From positions 1-64,000 of the forward strand of contig JAPETS010000008.1 of assembly GCA_026023565.1 (NCBI GenBank): a DNA stretch of 64,000 nucleotides. The letters run 5' to 3'. The first letter of the stretch is position 1, and each line of letters starts with the position of its first letter. The DNA comes from Cirrosporium novae-zelandiae (taxonomy: Eukaryota). A program made the translations under genes and the position numbers. Positions 46,632 through 58,645 of the stretch are shown in pieces. Under the pieces are notes generated by a model. It saw only the letters and a program-made list of their open reading frames with translations. It was not told the DNA's origin and ran no database searches.

Positions 46632-47843
46632 CTAAACCCCAAAATACTCAAGACATAATTCTAGATCCTTCAACCACCCCTCCATCCTTGGCATTATATC
46701 CTTATATCCCTTAATTCTCATCGCGATAATAGTCTGCAACAGATCCGTCGCTTTCTGCATCTCTTCCTGGTCTCTCGACTTGAACTGTGCGTCCTGCAAC
46801 AGCCAGTCAAGCCCGCGTTCCTTACACCGCTCCTCGAACCTCCCGTATAGCGGTCGCGTGCGCAGGAAATCCTTCTTCGTCTTGCGTCCGTTCCACGGGA
46901 AGGACATTACGGGGTTCCATTTTGTGAAGGGGACGACACCGGAAAATTCCCAGTCGACGAGACCGGTGAGGTTTTGGGTGGAGGGGTCGTATAGCAGGTT
47001 CGCGAAGTGAATGTCCTTATGCGCGAGGCGGAGTTTGACATCGTTAAGGGAGGAGGCTTTGGAGGCTAGGATTGGGAGAAGGGCTTTCACGCGGGGAATC
47101 AGGGGAAGGAGGAGAGGTTGGAGGGTTTTGGGGCGGTTGTGAATGTACCAGATGCACTTTCTTAGGTGAGCCGTGATGTAGTCGACGTAGGTGTAGAAGG
47201 GGCCGGTGACGAGGGATATCTCTTCGTAGTGCTCTTCTGGACCCCAGTACCTCTCGGAGTTTGTGACGTAGCAGAAGGTTTCTTCCAACAGGGGACCTGG
47301 GACGATGTCACCGGCCGGGGAGAAATGGAGGCCCCCGATGTGGGTCCAGGGCTGCTGGTGCAGTTCTACAAGGATGTCGGCGATCTGGTCGAGGATCGAA
47401 TCAATTTCCGGGGCGCCCATCGAGTTGCAGAGGTCACCTAAGTTTTGACCCGGACAGAGGGTCAGGATTATGTATTCGCATTTCAAGGCATTGCTACATG
47501 AAGAGTCGAAGTGGACAATAGAGGGTACGGGTACCTTGGTGTTGTTGCGTACCCATGTGATTACTGCGGCTTCGTTCTCTGTCTTTATTTTTGGGATGTG
47601 TTCACCAGCGACTCGTAATATCAACTCAGTTGTCGTGCCTGTTGGTTTTCTGGCATGTAGAGGAAGTTTAGAAGCTATCACTTCTGATGGAAAGGATAGT
47701 TTGTAGAGAAGATGGTAGAAGGCGATGACGTTCATGAATTGGATTGATGTGGGATGAGGAAACGATATTGAATCCAGGAGTTCGAGTATTGTGCTATCTT
47801 CGAAGGGCTCGGGGAGGTATGGAGGGTCTCCTTGAGATGCCAT
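46632..47843 (-). CDS. APH/phosphotransferase (kinase-like) family protein
   Basis: LILRV..KTENEAA..VPVP; Brenner-type HKDIHFANLL and VDWEFS; intronless 403 aa. Confidence 0.9.
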   Translation of the reverse strand: MASQGDPPYLPEPFEDSTILELLDSISFPHPTSIQFMNVIAFYHLLYKLSFPSEVIASKLPLHARKPTGTTTELILRVAGEHIPKIKTENEAAVITWVRNNTKVPVPSIVHFDSSCSNALKCEYIILTLCPGQNLGDLCNSMGAPEIDSILDQIADILVELHQQPWTHIGGLHFSPAGDIVPGPLLEETFCYVTNSERYWGPEEHYEEISLVTGPFYTYVDYITAHLRKCIWYIHNRPKTLQPLLLPLIPRVKALLPILASKASSLNDVKLRLAHKDIHFANLLYDPSTQNLTGLVDWEFSGVVPFTKWNPVMSFPWNGRKTKKDFLRTRPLYGRFEERCKERGLDWLLQDAQFKSRDQEEMQKATDLLQTIIAMRIKGYKDIMPRMEGWLKDLELCLEYFGV

Positions 47844-49350
47844 GTTGAGCAGCTAGTAGGAGAGTATCGCCGTACGTTAGAAGGATCACCGCTATAAGTT
47901 AGAGGTAGTAAAGGGTGCTTCAAGTGCCTGCGTTAAAGAAAAAAGGATGATAGTATCGACTGCCCTCAGGCACAGTAAAGAGGAATAGAAGCACCAAACT
48001 ATCCTCAATGTTGTTTCTCTTTCTCTTAACAGAGTTGCATACGATAGCCACAAGATTATAATAGCCTCCAAAATGTAAAAGTACCTCTCTCGTATATGAA
48101 GGCTATGCGTATGTTGAAATGATGTCAGATTTATTGTTGTGCAGAGGGAACAAAGGTAACAAAGATATTGTTTGAATTTGAAATTATCGGTGATTAAAGA
48201 CTCTGGACCAAGGATTATAAAGACGACAGATATGATAGATATTTGATGAAAGTTAGCAAATTCGGTCTAGCATAATAAACTCACGCATATTTATAATATG
48301 AGCAAGTTGAGTATATTTTATCGGGTCCATGCCCTGGTGGAGAAAACCCAAGGGTAGAATTCTCTCACATGAGCTTGCTCGATACTGCTCAAGATATACT
48401 GCTCAAGGAGCTTAAGAAGATTAAGAAGCTCAAAGTAAGGATTTAGATGCGTCGATAGGAAATTAATGGTTCATCTGTCGCGAATGATCTCGGACATGTC
48501 TGGAAAGTTAGATGACGTGGTATGGTCGGCATGTATCACCCGACGCGTAGGGAACGCGAAATTAATGTAATGCATACTCGGAATATTAAAAACTGCTCGG
48601 GGCTAGTTTTAGCAGGGAAGATCCTTAAGCATATCTTGAGAGAGATAGAGCCTGAAATAAATATTCCACGACTGCTGTTGGGACCGGACAATGTTTCTGA
48701 TATAATATACATATATTTGTGACTGCTTGATCCCACGACGACAATGAAGATTCATCATGAGTCCACCCTCCTTGGAGTCTGTCTAATAACATAGTCTAAG
48801 TACATAAGAAACAGTGGTAATATCCACAGAAATCGACTTTTGTAGACCACGTTCAAGCGTGAGGTTGTACTTGCACATACACAGCTTCCAACATCTCGAA
48901 AATACTAATGCAAGCAAGGCTCAAGGAATAGTGGCCATGCAGGGTATCTGAAAAATCATGCCCTTGCCCTAGATCCAATGCAGCCATCATCATGGTCGGT
49001 CCTATCCTTTAGAATCCCTCCCCCGTTTTGCCAATACAAAGTGGCGCCATGTTCACATTGACTCCCGTCTCTTTGCCATAAATATAATATAATGAATACA
49101 GCGCTATATATCGAAGTCGTAATATGCGTTGGAATCTTATTCACATAGAACAACATGAAAAGTGTAATCGGGTCTTATCGACAAAGTACCAAACGAAGCG
49201 ATAATCAACCAATGGTTTGTTTAACATTTAGCCAAGATGGGCCTTAATCCAGTTTTCTGTTCATGTGCAGAAAATTCCATAAGTTATGGATAGTGCCCAA
49301 GTCCCATAAGACATTTTTGGGTAAGCTGTTATGAACTAGCTGGTAAATAT

Positions 49351-52300
49351 TCAATCAACGATAATGACGTTATCTGATATTTGACGCCTATGCATCGGGG
49401 CGATTGAACGGCGATCGTAGGCCACCCTTGGCTGTAAACTAGCAACCTGGGCCCAATCTTCATCGATAAATCTACAACAAATCAGAAATAACTTCAGAAA
49501 ATATCAAGGGATTGGTGGTTCAATCAAATCTTTTAAAGGATAAGATGGGGACCAATTCGGTGGGCATACCGTCTCCCTGCCGCTAATCCACGAGGCTGAT
49601 CCGTAGTATTTTCGGATTGTAGTGAACGGAACTCGGGCCTAGATTGTCTGCCGATGGGTTCAAGCTCACGTGAATTACCATAACCGGGTTCATAAGCCCG
49701 TTGAGGTCCTGATGTAGATACCTGTCTTATAGAAAGGGTGTTTTCTGGGTGCACAGGTCTTCGATGGCCTGAACAGGCAGTGGTTTCAACCGGAAAGGAG
49801 TGGCCATTGCTTTGTATGATCTCAGGACCGCCACCTAATGGAATAGTATTCTCCCTGATATAATATGACTGATGCATGCTAGTGTTTGCGATGCGTCGTT
49901 GCGATGGCACAACGGAATCATTGCGGAATTCAGATCTACCACCATGATTTTCTTGTTGAGAATGTGGGCTAAGTGGAGAAAAATTGGATGAAGCCTGGAT
50001 GGGCTTTCCATAAACTTGATGAGATGAATAATTGTGAGAAGGACCTCTGAACGCAGGTCCAGTATCAAAATGAAACGCATCTGGTCGTACAGATTGACGA
50101 GATGACCTCTCATCAGGACGAGCAGGAACACGAATAAAAGGATGAGATGTAACATCAGAAGCAATGTCGAAAGTCCTGGTAGATGGGACCACGTACAAAG
50201 GGCGTTCACGATCACTTGGGGGTGGTCCGGATACAACAAACCTTTCTTTGGGCATTCCGCCCGCGGGAATACGAGTCACGGGCTTTGCGTTGATAAATTC
50301 AGGTGCAGCCGTTAATCTCTGTGGAAGCATTCGAGGACTATCCTCAATCCTTAAGGACTGTATTCCTTGGGTAGGTAGATCCAAGGGCATAGATGATTGT
50401 ACACGAGAATGGGTAAGAGGGAAATAGGCCCTTGAAGCTGGCGGAAGAGCGCTTGGTTCAGCTCGTCTTCTGTGTTCTCGAACCCCGATTGGGTTTCCAG
50501 GATCGGTATATAATTGCGGGGAGGCATAATGGCAGGTTTGCTCAAAGCCTGTCCGATGGGGAAGATCATCTGCAAGTAACCTTCTCCGTTTAACCATTCT
50601 AGGGCCATGACCATCATGGGGATCCAAAAATTCGGAACGTGAAGGACTCCATTCATGAGCCTTGCGAATGCGGCTATTTTCTTCTGGGCGGTACTGGCGT
50701 TCATCGGTATTGACATTTACTTCGTCAGTTGAAAGACTGTTTTGAATGGCCTTGTTCTGAATATTAGTGTCATCCCTCTCGATGGACTGATATATAACAT
50801 TGTTCTCCGGTCTTGTTCGTTCATTGTTTGCTCTGCGTGGCCCTGTTTCATTCGGTTGGCACAAACGGGGTCTTGTTACTGGGGAAAGGTTATACGTGGG
50901 TTCTGGCTGAAGAGGTCGTGACGTAGGAGCAACTTGGCGTAATAGTCTTGGCTGGTCGTCTGCAGGCCTTCCCGCATTTGCATGTTGTACGTAGTAGCGT
51001 CCTTCATAATCATCGATTGGTTGCAAACCCGAAAACCCCTGATAGAATTAGTATTTAGTTTAATTGTTGAGGAAGGTATCAGATGTCTGTCTTGCACTTT
51101 CGCACAGCACTCCTCTGCTAGCTCACCTTCTGCGATCTAGGGACATTTAAATGTTGAGCAGGCCTAATCGGTCTAGGGCTAGGCGGCTGTGTGTAGCTAG
51201 GTTGTTGGCTAACAATGCAAGGCGCTAGATGACCTTCTAGCACATGAACTGGTTCCCTAGGAGGAATAGGGACTCGGCTTGGTCCTGACGCATCGGGATG
51301 TTGCCTATATCTATCTAAAGCTTGCTCCCAAGCTCTGTAGCGGCTAAAGCCACGATGGTCCTCAGTAGTCCCTTCCACGTGTCTTGAACGTGGTGGTTCA
51401 CGGCGGACCTGGCGAAAGTTGGCCTGCATATGACCATCATCAAATATCTCTGGCGAGTCATCATGATACATATTATTTCTTTGCGAGAAGTCAATAGGTC
51501 GCGTCACGACGTCTCTACCTAAGTCGTGGCTGGATATGATCTCAAAACTTGACTCTCGGTGATTTTCTGCGTGAAGGGTTTCTTCGTCGTCATCACTATC
51601 TTCATCATCCGAAATCACAATGACTTCACGAAGTATGTCTTCTAGGACAATTGTTCCATTTTCATCATCACCTCTCCATCTAACCAGTTGGTCGAGACAA
51701 GGCTTCTCTACACGAGATCTGGCTTCGTGAAAGGAGCATTTTTTCAGTAGTTTATCATAATCAGTATACACATGGCGAATGTGTGCTACCACTGCCAGCT
51801 GAACCCTGCGAACTAAGGGTAGCTCTGATGCAGTTCCGACTTTGTGTTTTCCCTATAAAAATGAGTTTGCCTAGTCAGGTTAAAGGAAAGAATTTTACCT
51901 TTTTGAAGGCTTGTTTAACAATCTGATCGAGATCTTGTTTAGGTATATTTGGAAATAGATCCTTGATTGCCTCTCTTGCGTTATGATATAAGGTCTTCTG
52001 GTTTTCTGATTTTGCTGTATCTTCCCTAACGAAAGGGCCATAGTGTATGTTTCTATTTGCATCAGATTCAGTGCGACGATGAACTTGACCGTCCTTATCG
52101 ATATGCAGCCCAAGTCCCATACAAGCCTGATCAACAATATGACTGGGATAATGATAGCCGATTCTGTGGACTTGATGAGAAAGATTTGTTTTACTTCGGT
52201 GTTGTGTTGGCTGGAGGCGTATTAGTCGTGAACCCGCGTTTCTCGAGTTCGGGCCATACTGTTACTACGTAAATTTTTGCTCCCTCTTCTCTCGATAGTT

Positions 52301-52575
52301 CTTTGCACAGGTTGTTCATTTTTGGATTTCCAGCAAGGACAAAAGTATAACCATCGGGAGCCTGGACATGGAATGAAATCTACGAGTTGATGGTTAGCTC
52401 GCTTGCTGACTCGAGATAAACAGGGACTAGAAGAGATGCATACTACTGTCAAAAGTTTTTTCCTTTCCTGGATCACGTTCTCAAATATCACCTTATGCTT
52501 CTTTGTTTTGTGGATCTTGGTGCGCGCTGAATGTGACGGCTGTGCCACCGAAGCACGAGATTGTAATCGAGCCAT
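49351..52575 (-). CDS. DUF2293-domain protein with long disordered C-terminus (about 6 exons)
   Basis: AIKDLFPNIP; VQLAVVAHIRHVYTDYDKLL; WRGDDE..LEDILREVIVISDDE; canonical introns. Confidence 0.85.
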
Positions 52576-53007
52576 GTTAGTAGTGATAAGCGTGTCTACT
52601 TAACTCCAAATATGATGACGAGCAATAGAAAAGAAATAAACACCGAAACAGAATAGGTTGTTAAGAGTGATCGTTGATGAAAGGGCATGCACTTCATCTG
52701 GGCATCATCATTCTCAGTGAACTTGATGATGACCACTTAAATAGAGAGGGAAATTTGATCAAGTATACCAACTTGAAATTGTGCGATGCGCTTCTTTCCT
52801 ACTTAGTGAACAGACGATGCAGACGATGCAGACGATGATTGATGATGAATAAAGGTTTGTAGAGGTGATGGAGTAAAGGTCAAGGCGGTGGTGTTGGCTG
52901 GAGGGTTTGGGTCCTAAAGTAGTTCATCACGGGTTTTACCGCAAAGTCTATCCGTGGTGAGTCCGCGACGTGTGGGTGAGAATTCCCAGACCATATACAT
53001 ACCAACC

Positions 53008-53487
53008 ATGTCTCTTTCAAATATTTCCAGGGAGCAAATCTCTGGTGCTTATCGATCACTTTATCGAGCATCTCTTCAAGCTGTCCAGTATGCACAGCCT
53101 GCTAGAACTATCATTGTCGCAAAGTTAAGGTATGAATTCCGTACCAGACCCGTCGAGGACTTTCAACCACCAAGGATCGAAAAAACCATCCAGTTCCTCC
53201 AGAATGCCAAACAACAAAAAGGAATTGAACATAGGATTCTCAAACGACTTCTTCATACCTGGTTTTTCGAACAGACCTATAAGGAATATGTGCCTATATG
53301 GTCAACGTAGGTTTTGGATTTTACGCTTGAATAAAGTGAATATAATTCAGGGCTAATGTAAAACAGTACCCAAAAAGCTAGGAGAAGAAACTATGGTTCC
53401 ACTACCCGTCTCGCAAAAATGGCCCTTGATCATTTTCACTCAACGCTTACCTTGTTTGATGGGATTAACAAGACGTTAATTCGGTAA
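53008..53487 (+). CDS. DUF1763 / LYR-like small mitochondrial protein (intron 53307-53366)
   Basis: AYRSLYRASLQAVQYAQPAR..LR.EFR; TIQFLQNA..GIEHRILKRL. Confidence 0.75.
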
Positions 53488-53697
53488 CTTGCTCTGGAAG
53501 AAATCAACTTCTGGGCTATCAAAGTTATAAAGAATTTTATAAGTAGAAGGAGTTGCTATGTTTAAAGCTATTAAGCAAAATAGCCGGGACAGATAACTGC
53601 AGCGAGCATCTACTTCAATATGTAAATTCCAAGTATGGAATTTCCGATGTGAGGGAGGCTCCGAGCGACGAAAGCTACCCTGTTTAGCTGCGCTCTG

Positions 53698-54681
53698 TTA
53701 ATTGACCCGAACGCCCTGCCTTTCTGGTTTCCACGCCTCATCATCCCTGCTGGTTATCATCTCATCCACCTTGACGCGTTGTGATACGATTTGTCTTCCA
53801 TTGACAAGGTCATTCCCTTCTATTCTCCTACCTGCCTCCTCCTCGTCCTTCGCGATCCCGGCTTTTACATGTCGGGACACTAGTCTCTCTCTTGCAACAT
53901 CCTCTCCGACATCCATAAACCACACTTCGTCCATAAGCACTGCCGCCTCCTTCCAAGGAGTCTCGTCTAAAGCAACGTAGTTTCCTTCAAACACTAGGAT
54001 ACGGGAATACGGGTGTATGGGAATATCATCTTCAACGGGGTCTTTGATGGCATGGTCGAAAGAGGGCGCATATATGGTTTGGGTTTCTGGACAAAGAGGT
54101 TTACGGAGCTTGCGCACCAAATCCAAAAATGATGATCCGTCGAAGGTGAATGCCGCCCCTCGTCGGAAGTGTGCAGTGGTTGGGTCCGGGAGTGCTGAAA
54201 GTTGGGCTCTAGAGAGATGGTAGCCATCCATTGGTATAAAAGCCGCGGGAGGGGTGGTAACAAAAGACGGATGAGCATCTGCATGGAGGGTGTTGAGGCG
54301 TTTGGTAATGAGAGCGGCAAGGGTGGTTTTGCCTAGTCAAGTCAGCTAAACACCTATTGGTACTAAATTGATTTCATGATAGGGAAACGAGGCTGAATCT
54401 CCATCGCAACGATAGATAGGGTATATAAATGAGATAACAAGATATCGTTCATATATTGTACTAGGGGGGGGGGGAACCTAACCACTTCCTGGGATACCCG
54501 CAATAGCAATCATGAATCGGTCAGCCGGATCAAGCACCTGAAATTTCTCTAGACCATACATTAGTTTTGAATTAATATTCTTTTTCCAATTCATTCATTA
54601 ATTATAAGGGCCTCCTCCTCATTTTGACATAACATACATACCCCAGCACTTTTTGGTTAATCTATCAACTTGATCCTCCAT
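53698..54681 (-). CDS. YFH7-like P-loop kinase (PRK/uridine kinase/PanK family), 3 exons
   Basis: IAIAGIPGS|GKTTLA; PMDGYHL; RRGAAFTFD; PSFDHAIKDP; EGNY; NDLVNG. Confidence 0.92.
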
Positions 54682-55525
54682 AATAATAATAATAATAATA
54701 ATTATATTTTTGTAAGAGTAATAAAAAAGAAAGAAAAAACTGCAACGAGGGCAACTATCGTGTGTGTAGGAAAGAATTAGGATCTGATGGGCTTCAAATA
54801 ACTTATTGATGTCATTGATTAGATCCTGCTGACCTTCCTACTACAGTGGCATAGAGGCTAATCATCTATCTATATCATATCCGTTCATATGCGGGGTTGG
54901 GCCTGGACCTTATCGATAACCGCCACATCCAGTGCGGTGAAATAATTGGTCCCATTAATATTCCCACGCCTGTGTTTTCTTAAAGCAATACCACTTACTA
55001 CACTATCCACCCTCTACTTACAATCAACTCATCTACGTCGGTTTCATCGACTTTCTCTCTTCGCGAATCTGTTATGGTCACTAGGACCATAACACTAGGG
55101 TTCCAACCCTAGGTGACACGCACGCCACGCCCTTAGATAGAGACCCTCAGTTGAGGAATTCAGGTAGTGTAATAAGGATGACTATCTAATGATAAAGGTG
55201 GGCTATAGAGTAATAGAACAACATTGGTTAGATCTACCGAATTCTACTTTGTGACTTTGGAGGCAAGCGTATCCTGTATACTCGATAAATATAGGCCTGT
55301 TGGATATTTCAGGTTATAGTATATTTATAGCATCCTGTTTAATTGTGAGTTCGGAAAAATCAACCATAAATGAAGGTAAACAGCGCGATTAAGGTTCGGG
55401 AAGCTTATGCTTAGTCTAGAGTATGCTCTCCGAGGCGCCAATGATCTCATGATCCCTGAACATAGTGGTGAAAAAAATCTCAACAAGTCACTCGTAAGTT
55501 GGGAGGCATTAACAATCATCATAGA

Positions 55526-55995
55526 ATGTCTATAGAAGATGATGGGGGGCTTCTGGCCATTGAAATTGATGATGAGCCTAATGACCATGACCATGAAAAA
55601 GAACGAGGGTTTCAATCAGAAGAGGACTTTAACAAGGTTAAAGAATCATATCAACCTCTAATCGAGAACGGCAAGGTATATATATCTCACCAATGATTCC
55701 TCGAAAATAAGTTGTTAATAATGAATAGATTTGGAAGTCACTGGAATATCCCCTCAAAGTATCCGGGAAGCACCAGGAGCAGAGAATTTTACATGCCATT
55801 GAGCAACTATACTTTGCTCGAAAATACCCAGAAGCTCTCAATGTATTGGACCATGCCATGAGTTCCGAGGGGGTTCATAAAGACTACTATAATATCCTAC
55901 ATTCCTATAAAAGTCGTATTATCACAAAGCAGGAAAAGGAAATCACCGGCAGACAACAACTGGGCATCATCGACGAAAATTCAAAGGGCTCATGA
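55526..55995 (+). CDS. Hypothetical protein (intron 55676-55728)
   Basis: MSIEDDGGLLAIEID..RGFQSEEDF..ENGK|IWKSL..ILHAIEQLYFARKYPEAL; in-frame splice. Confidence 0.7.
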
Positions 55996-57400
55996 ATCTA
56001 ACCAGGCTGGCGATTACCTGATCGGGCATAGAAGACCGCAATATCTTATGTGCGAAGTAATCCTCTCTCGGATGTATGTGGACATTGCTCTTATCGAGAG
56101 AATAAAATCCCCATTTCATATCTTCAGCCTAATGCCTGCGCGGAACTAGAAGCTACATATGCCATTGGCCAACAAACCCCATTTAATGAATCCATGGTTC
56201 TGGACAATGCGCGGGTAAGCCGAAGAGACCCCGAAAAGGATACGGAGATGGAAACTGGGATAGGTGAAATTGAGCATACGTTGAGCGAGAATGTCAATAT
56301 CCTAGAAGACCTTGATCTGGAATATCCTGCAAAATTTACCTGTTTCGGGGTCAGAATGCCATTCTCTTGAAAATGCCCAGGTTGAACGCCCTCCTGCTCA
56401 CAGTAATAATTATGAGACATTGGAGCACAGGCTAGGCCATTGGGAACGAAAGTAGGGGTTATAATGCTCGCATCATATTCGCCAATGGAACACCCCCGAA
56501 CAGGGCCGTCTAGGATGATCTCAATGAAGATAACACAATCATCAAGTTTCAAGATCTAAATATCGGTTAAAAGTTGGATTTTTGCGGAGCAGCTTAACTA
56601 AAGCCGGGACCAACTTATACTCTCTAAGTATATTTGAATTATTCCTTGTGGAAGGAAGCTGGCGGAATATTGAGAAGGCTCTTCGCAGATTTTGGAAAAA
56701 TCTGTAAACCACGGGCATTCAGTCAAGGGCACTCCAGGTCAGATCGACATGATAATTGGTTTGATTCCCTTATACAGAACACTGTTCGAGCATTGAAATG
56801 GTTTATATTGAACAACAAACGCAGTTTTTCTCTTCTATGGCGGAATTGCTAGCATGCCGTGAGACCCTCCAGCCTCTGGATATGGTAGTTGACATGCCTA
56901 CCTACCATGAATATACCGCTATCTAGTACTTTATGGACTATATCTTCTCACAGACTGCTAAGGACCCCTAGGAACAATCTGAAGTGTGTTTTTTGAAATG
57001 AAAGCTACCCACTGCCTAGAGGACCCTTCTATTGGCGTATGAGACATTGCTTTCACTGATAGTCTAGGCAATCCCTGTCTGTCGCGAACCCCGTGGCGTT
57101 TTTAGGAAACAGGGTTGGCTCCGGGATAGGAAAATACGACCTTATCAAATCCTTTGGAGAAATATCAAGAGACACGCTTCTGGCTTGATCTTTGCTCCCT
57201 AACAAGTTCCACACACTACTGCCAGATTCGACCACCGTACCTGAATTCGATTCTGCCTTTCACAAGAGCCAACAGTCCTAGCTATTACGGAGCGCTTCCG
57301 AGGCAAGGGCCAGCTCAATAGGATGGTCATGTCTCGTTTTGAGACATTCGGATAATTAAAATTTTATATCGTAACATCATAGGCTCTGGGGTTGTGCGAT

Positions 57401-58245
57401 CTATTGCAATGCCTTAACAAAAAGCCCTCTCATGTCCTTTAAGAATCCAGCTAGTGCCCTCGTTTCGTTTAGGCGATCCAAAACCCTATTCAACTCCTCT
57501 TTGTCTAATTTTGGCCGACAGTACACAATCTCGTAGTCTCTTTTATCTAGGTCCAACTCCACCCATCCTTCCTGATCTTCCTTCCCCTGGACCAACTTAT
57601 CGAAGACAAATTTTATACGACCATCCATACCCGCGCCTTCAATGCGCATACCTAAATTATTCTCCCAAAATTCCAATTCTGGACCATTTAATGATGCCTG
57701 CGCATCCATGTTCTTGGCATGATCCCGCTGGGCAGCAAGTTTCTCATCGATGGCCTTCTGGGTTGCCGCAATAGATTGGAGGAGACGATCGCGAGTTTCA
57801 GCATTCCGGTTGCGTTGGAGTGTAATGGCTGAGATGGCTGCATGCATTTCGGCGGTTTCTTGTGCTTCCTTCTGAAGGATTTGCGCATGGGTTTGGGATT
57901 TAAGAGAAAGAATTTCAATAGATTTGCGCTTCAGCCTTTGGTCCTCTGTTGTATTACCCTAATTAGCACATGCCGGCAACGTTGTAGGAGGAAGAAGTCT
58001 CAGTATTTACCCTGCAACTCAGTAACATTCATGCGAAATTGATTGCGCTCCTCCAGAACGTGCTTTCGACCTCTTTCAATAAATTCATCGAACCTCATAG
58101 TAAACTTTGCCATGCGATCTCGTAGATCTTCAAACCCAAAATTGATGCTTGGAAGGGTATCCGCCATTGAAGGGGCATCGGCGGAGCTCAGGGGCGGGCG
58201 CATGGCACTCGAAGAGAGAGAGGATTCGAATGATAGGGTCGCCAT
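57401..58245 (-). CDS. SPC25: Kinetochore NDC80-complex subunit Spc25 (2 exons)
   Basis: LPSINFGFEDLRDRMAKFT.RFDEFIERGR; coiled coil; PELEFWE..LGMRIEGAG; FLKDMRGLF. Confidence 0.9.
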
Positions 58246-58645
58246 TTTGAATGTTATTATTTGATCAAATTAAGTGAGAATGACAAAAAGACAATTCCTG
58301 TACATTCACAAGTACTGTAGTATGTTATCTCAAAAAGTTACTTGTGAGAGATGATGATGACGATTGTGCTAGCACGTGATAAGACCAGTTGTCAAAGCAA
58401 CCAAGACGCTAAACTAAGATAGGAATTATCGTAATTAATTTTTTTTCTCGACTAAAGTAATAGCTTCAAGAAGTTTGCTACCTCAATCTTCCCTTGTTCT
58501 TCCCTTGTTATTGCATGACTTTTCCTTGCTGAGATACTTATCCTGACAGTATCCTTACAGTTTCAGAGTAAAGGATCTCTACCATTCTGGAAAATGAACT
58601 TCCTACAGGCGACATTTGACCGAAAGAAAAACCGACGAAAGCCTG

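Noticed and set aside
52600..52860. Many TGATGA motifs suggesting C/D snoRNAs
   Set aside because: No properly spaced CTGA D-box or terminal stem; explained by (GAT)n-type repeats.
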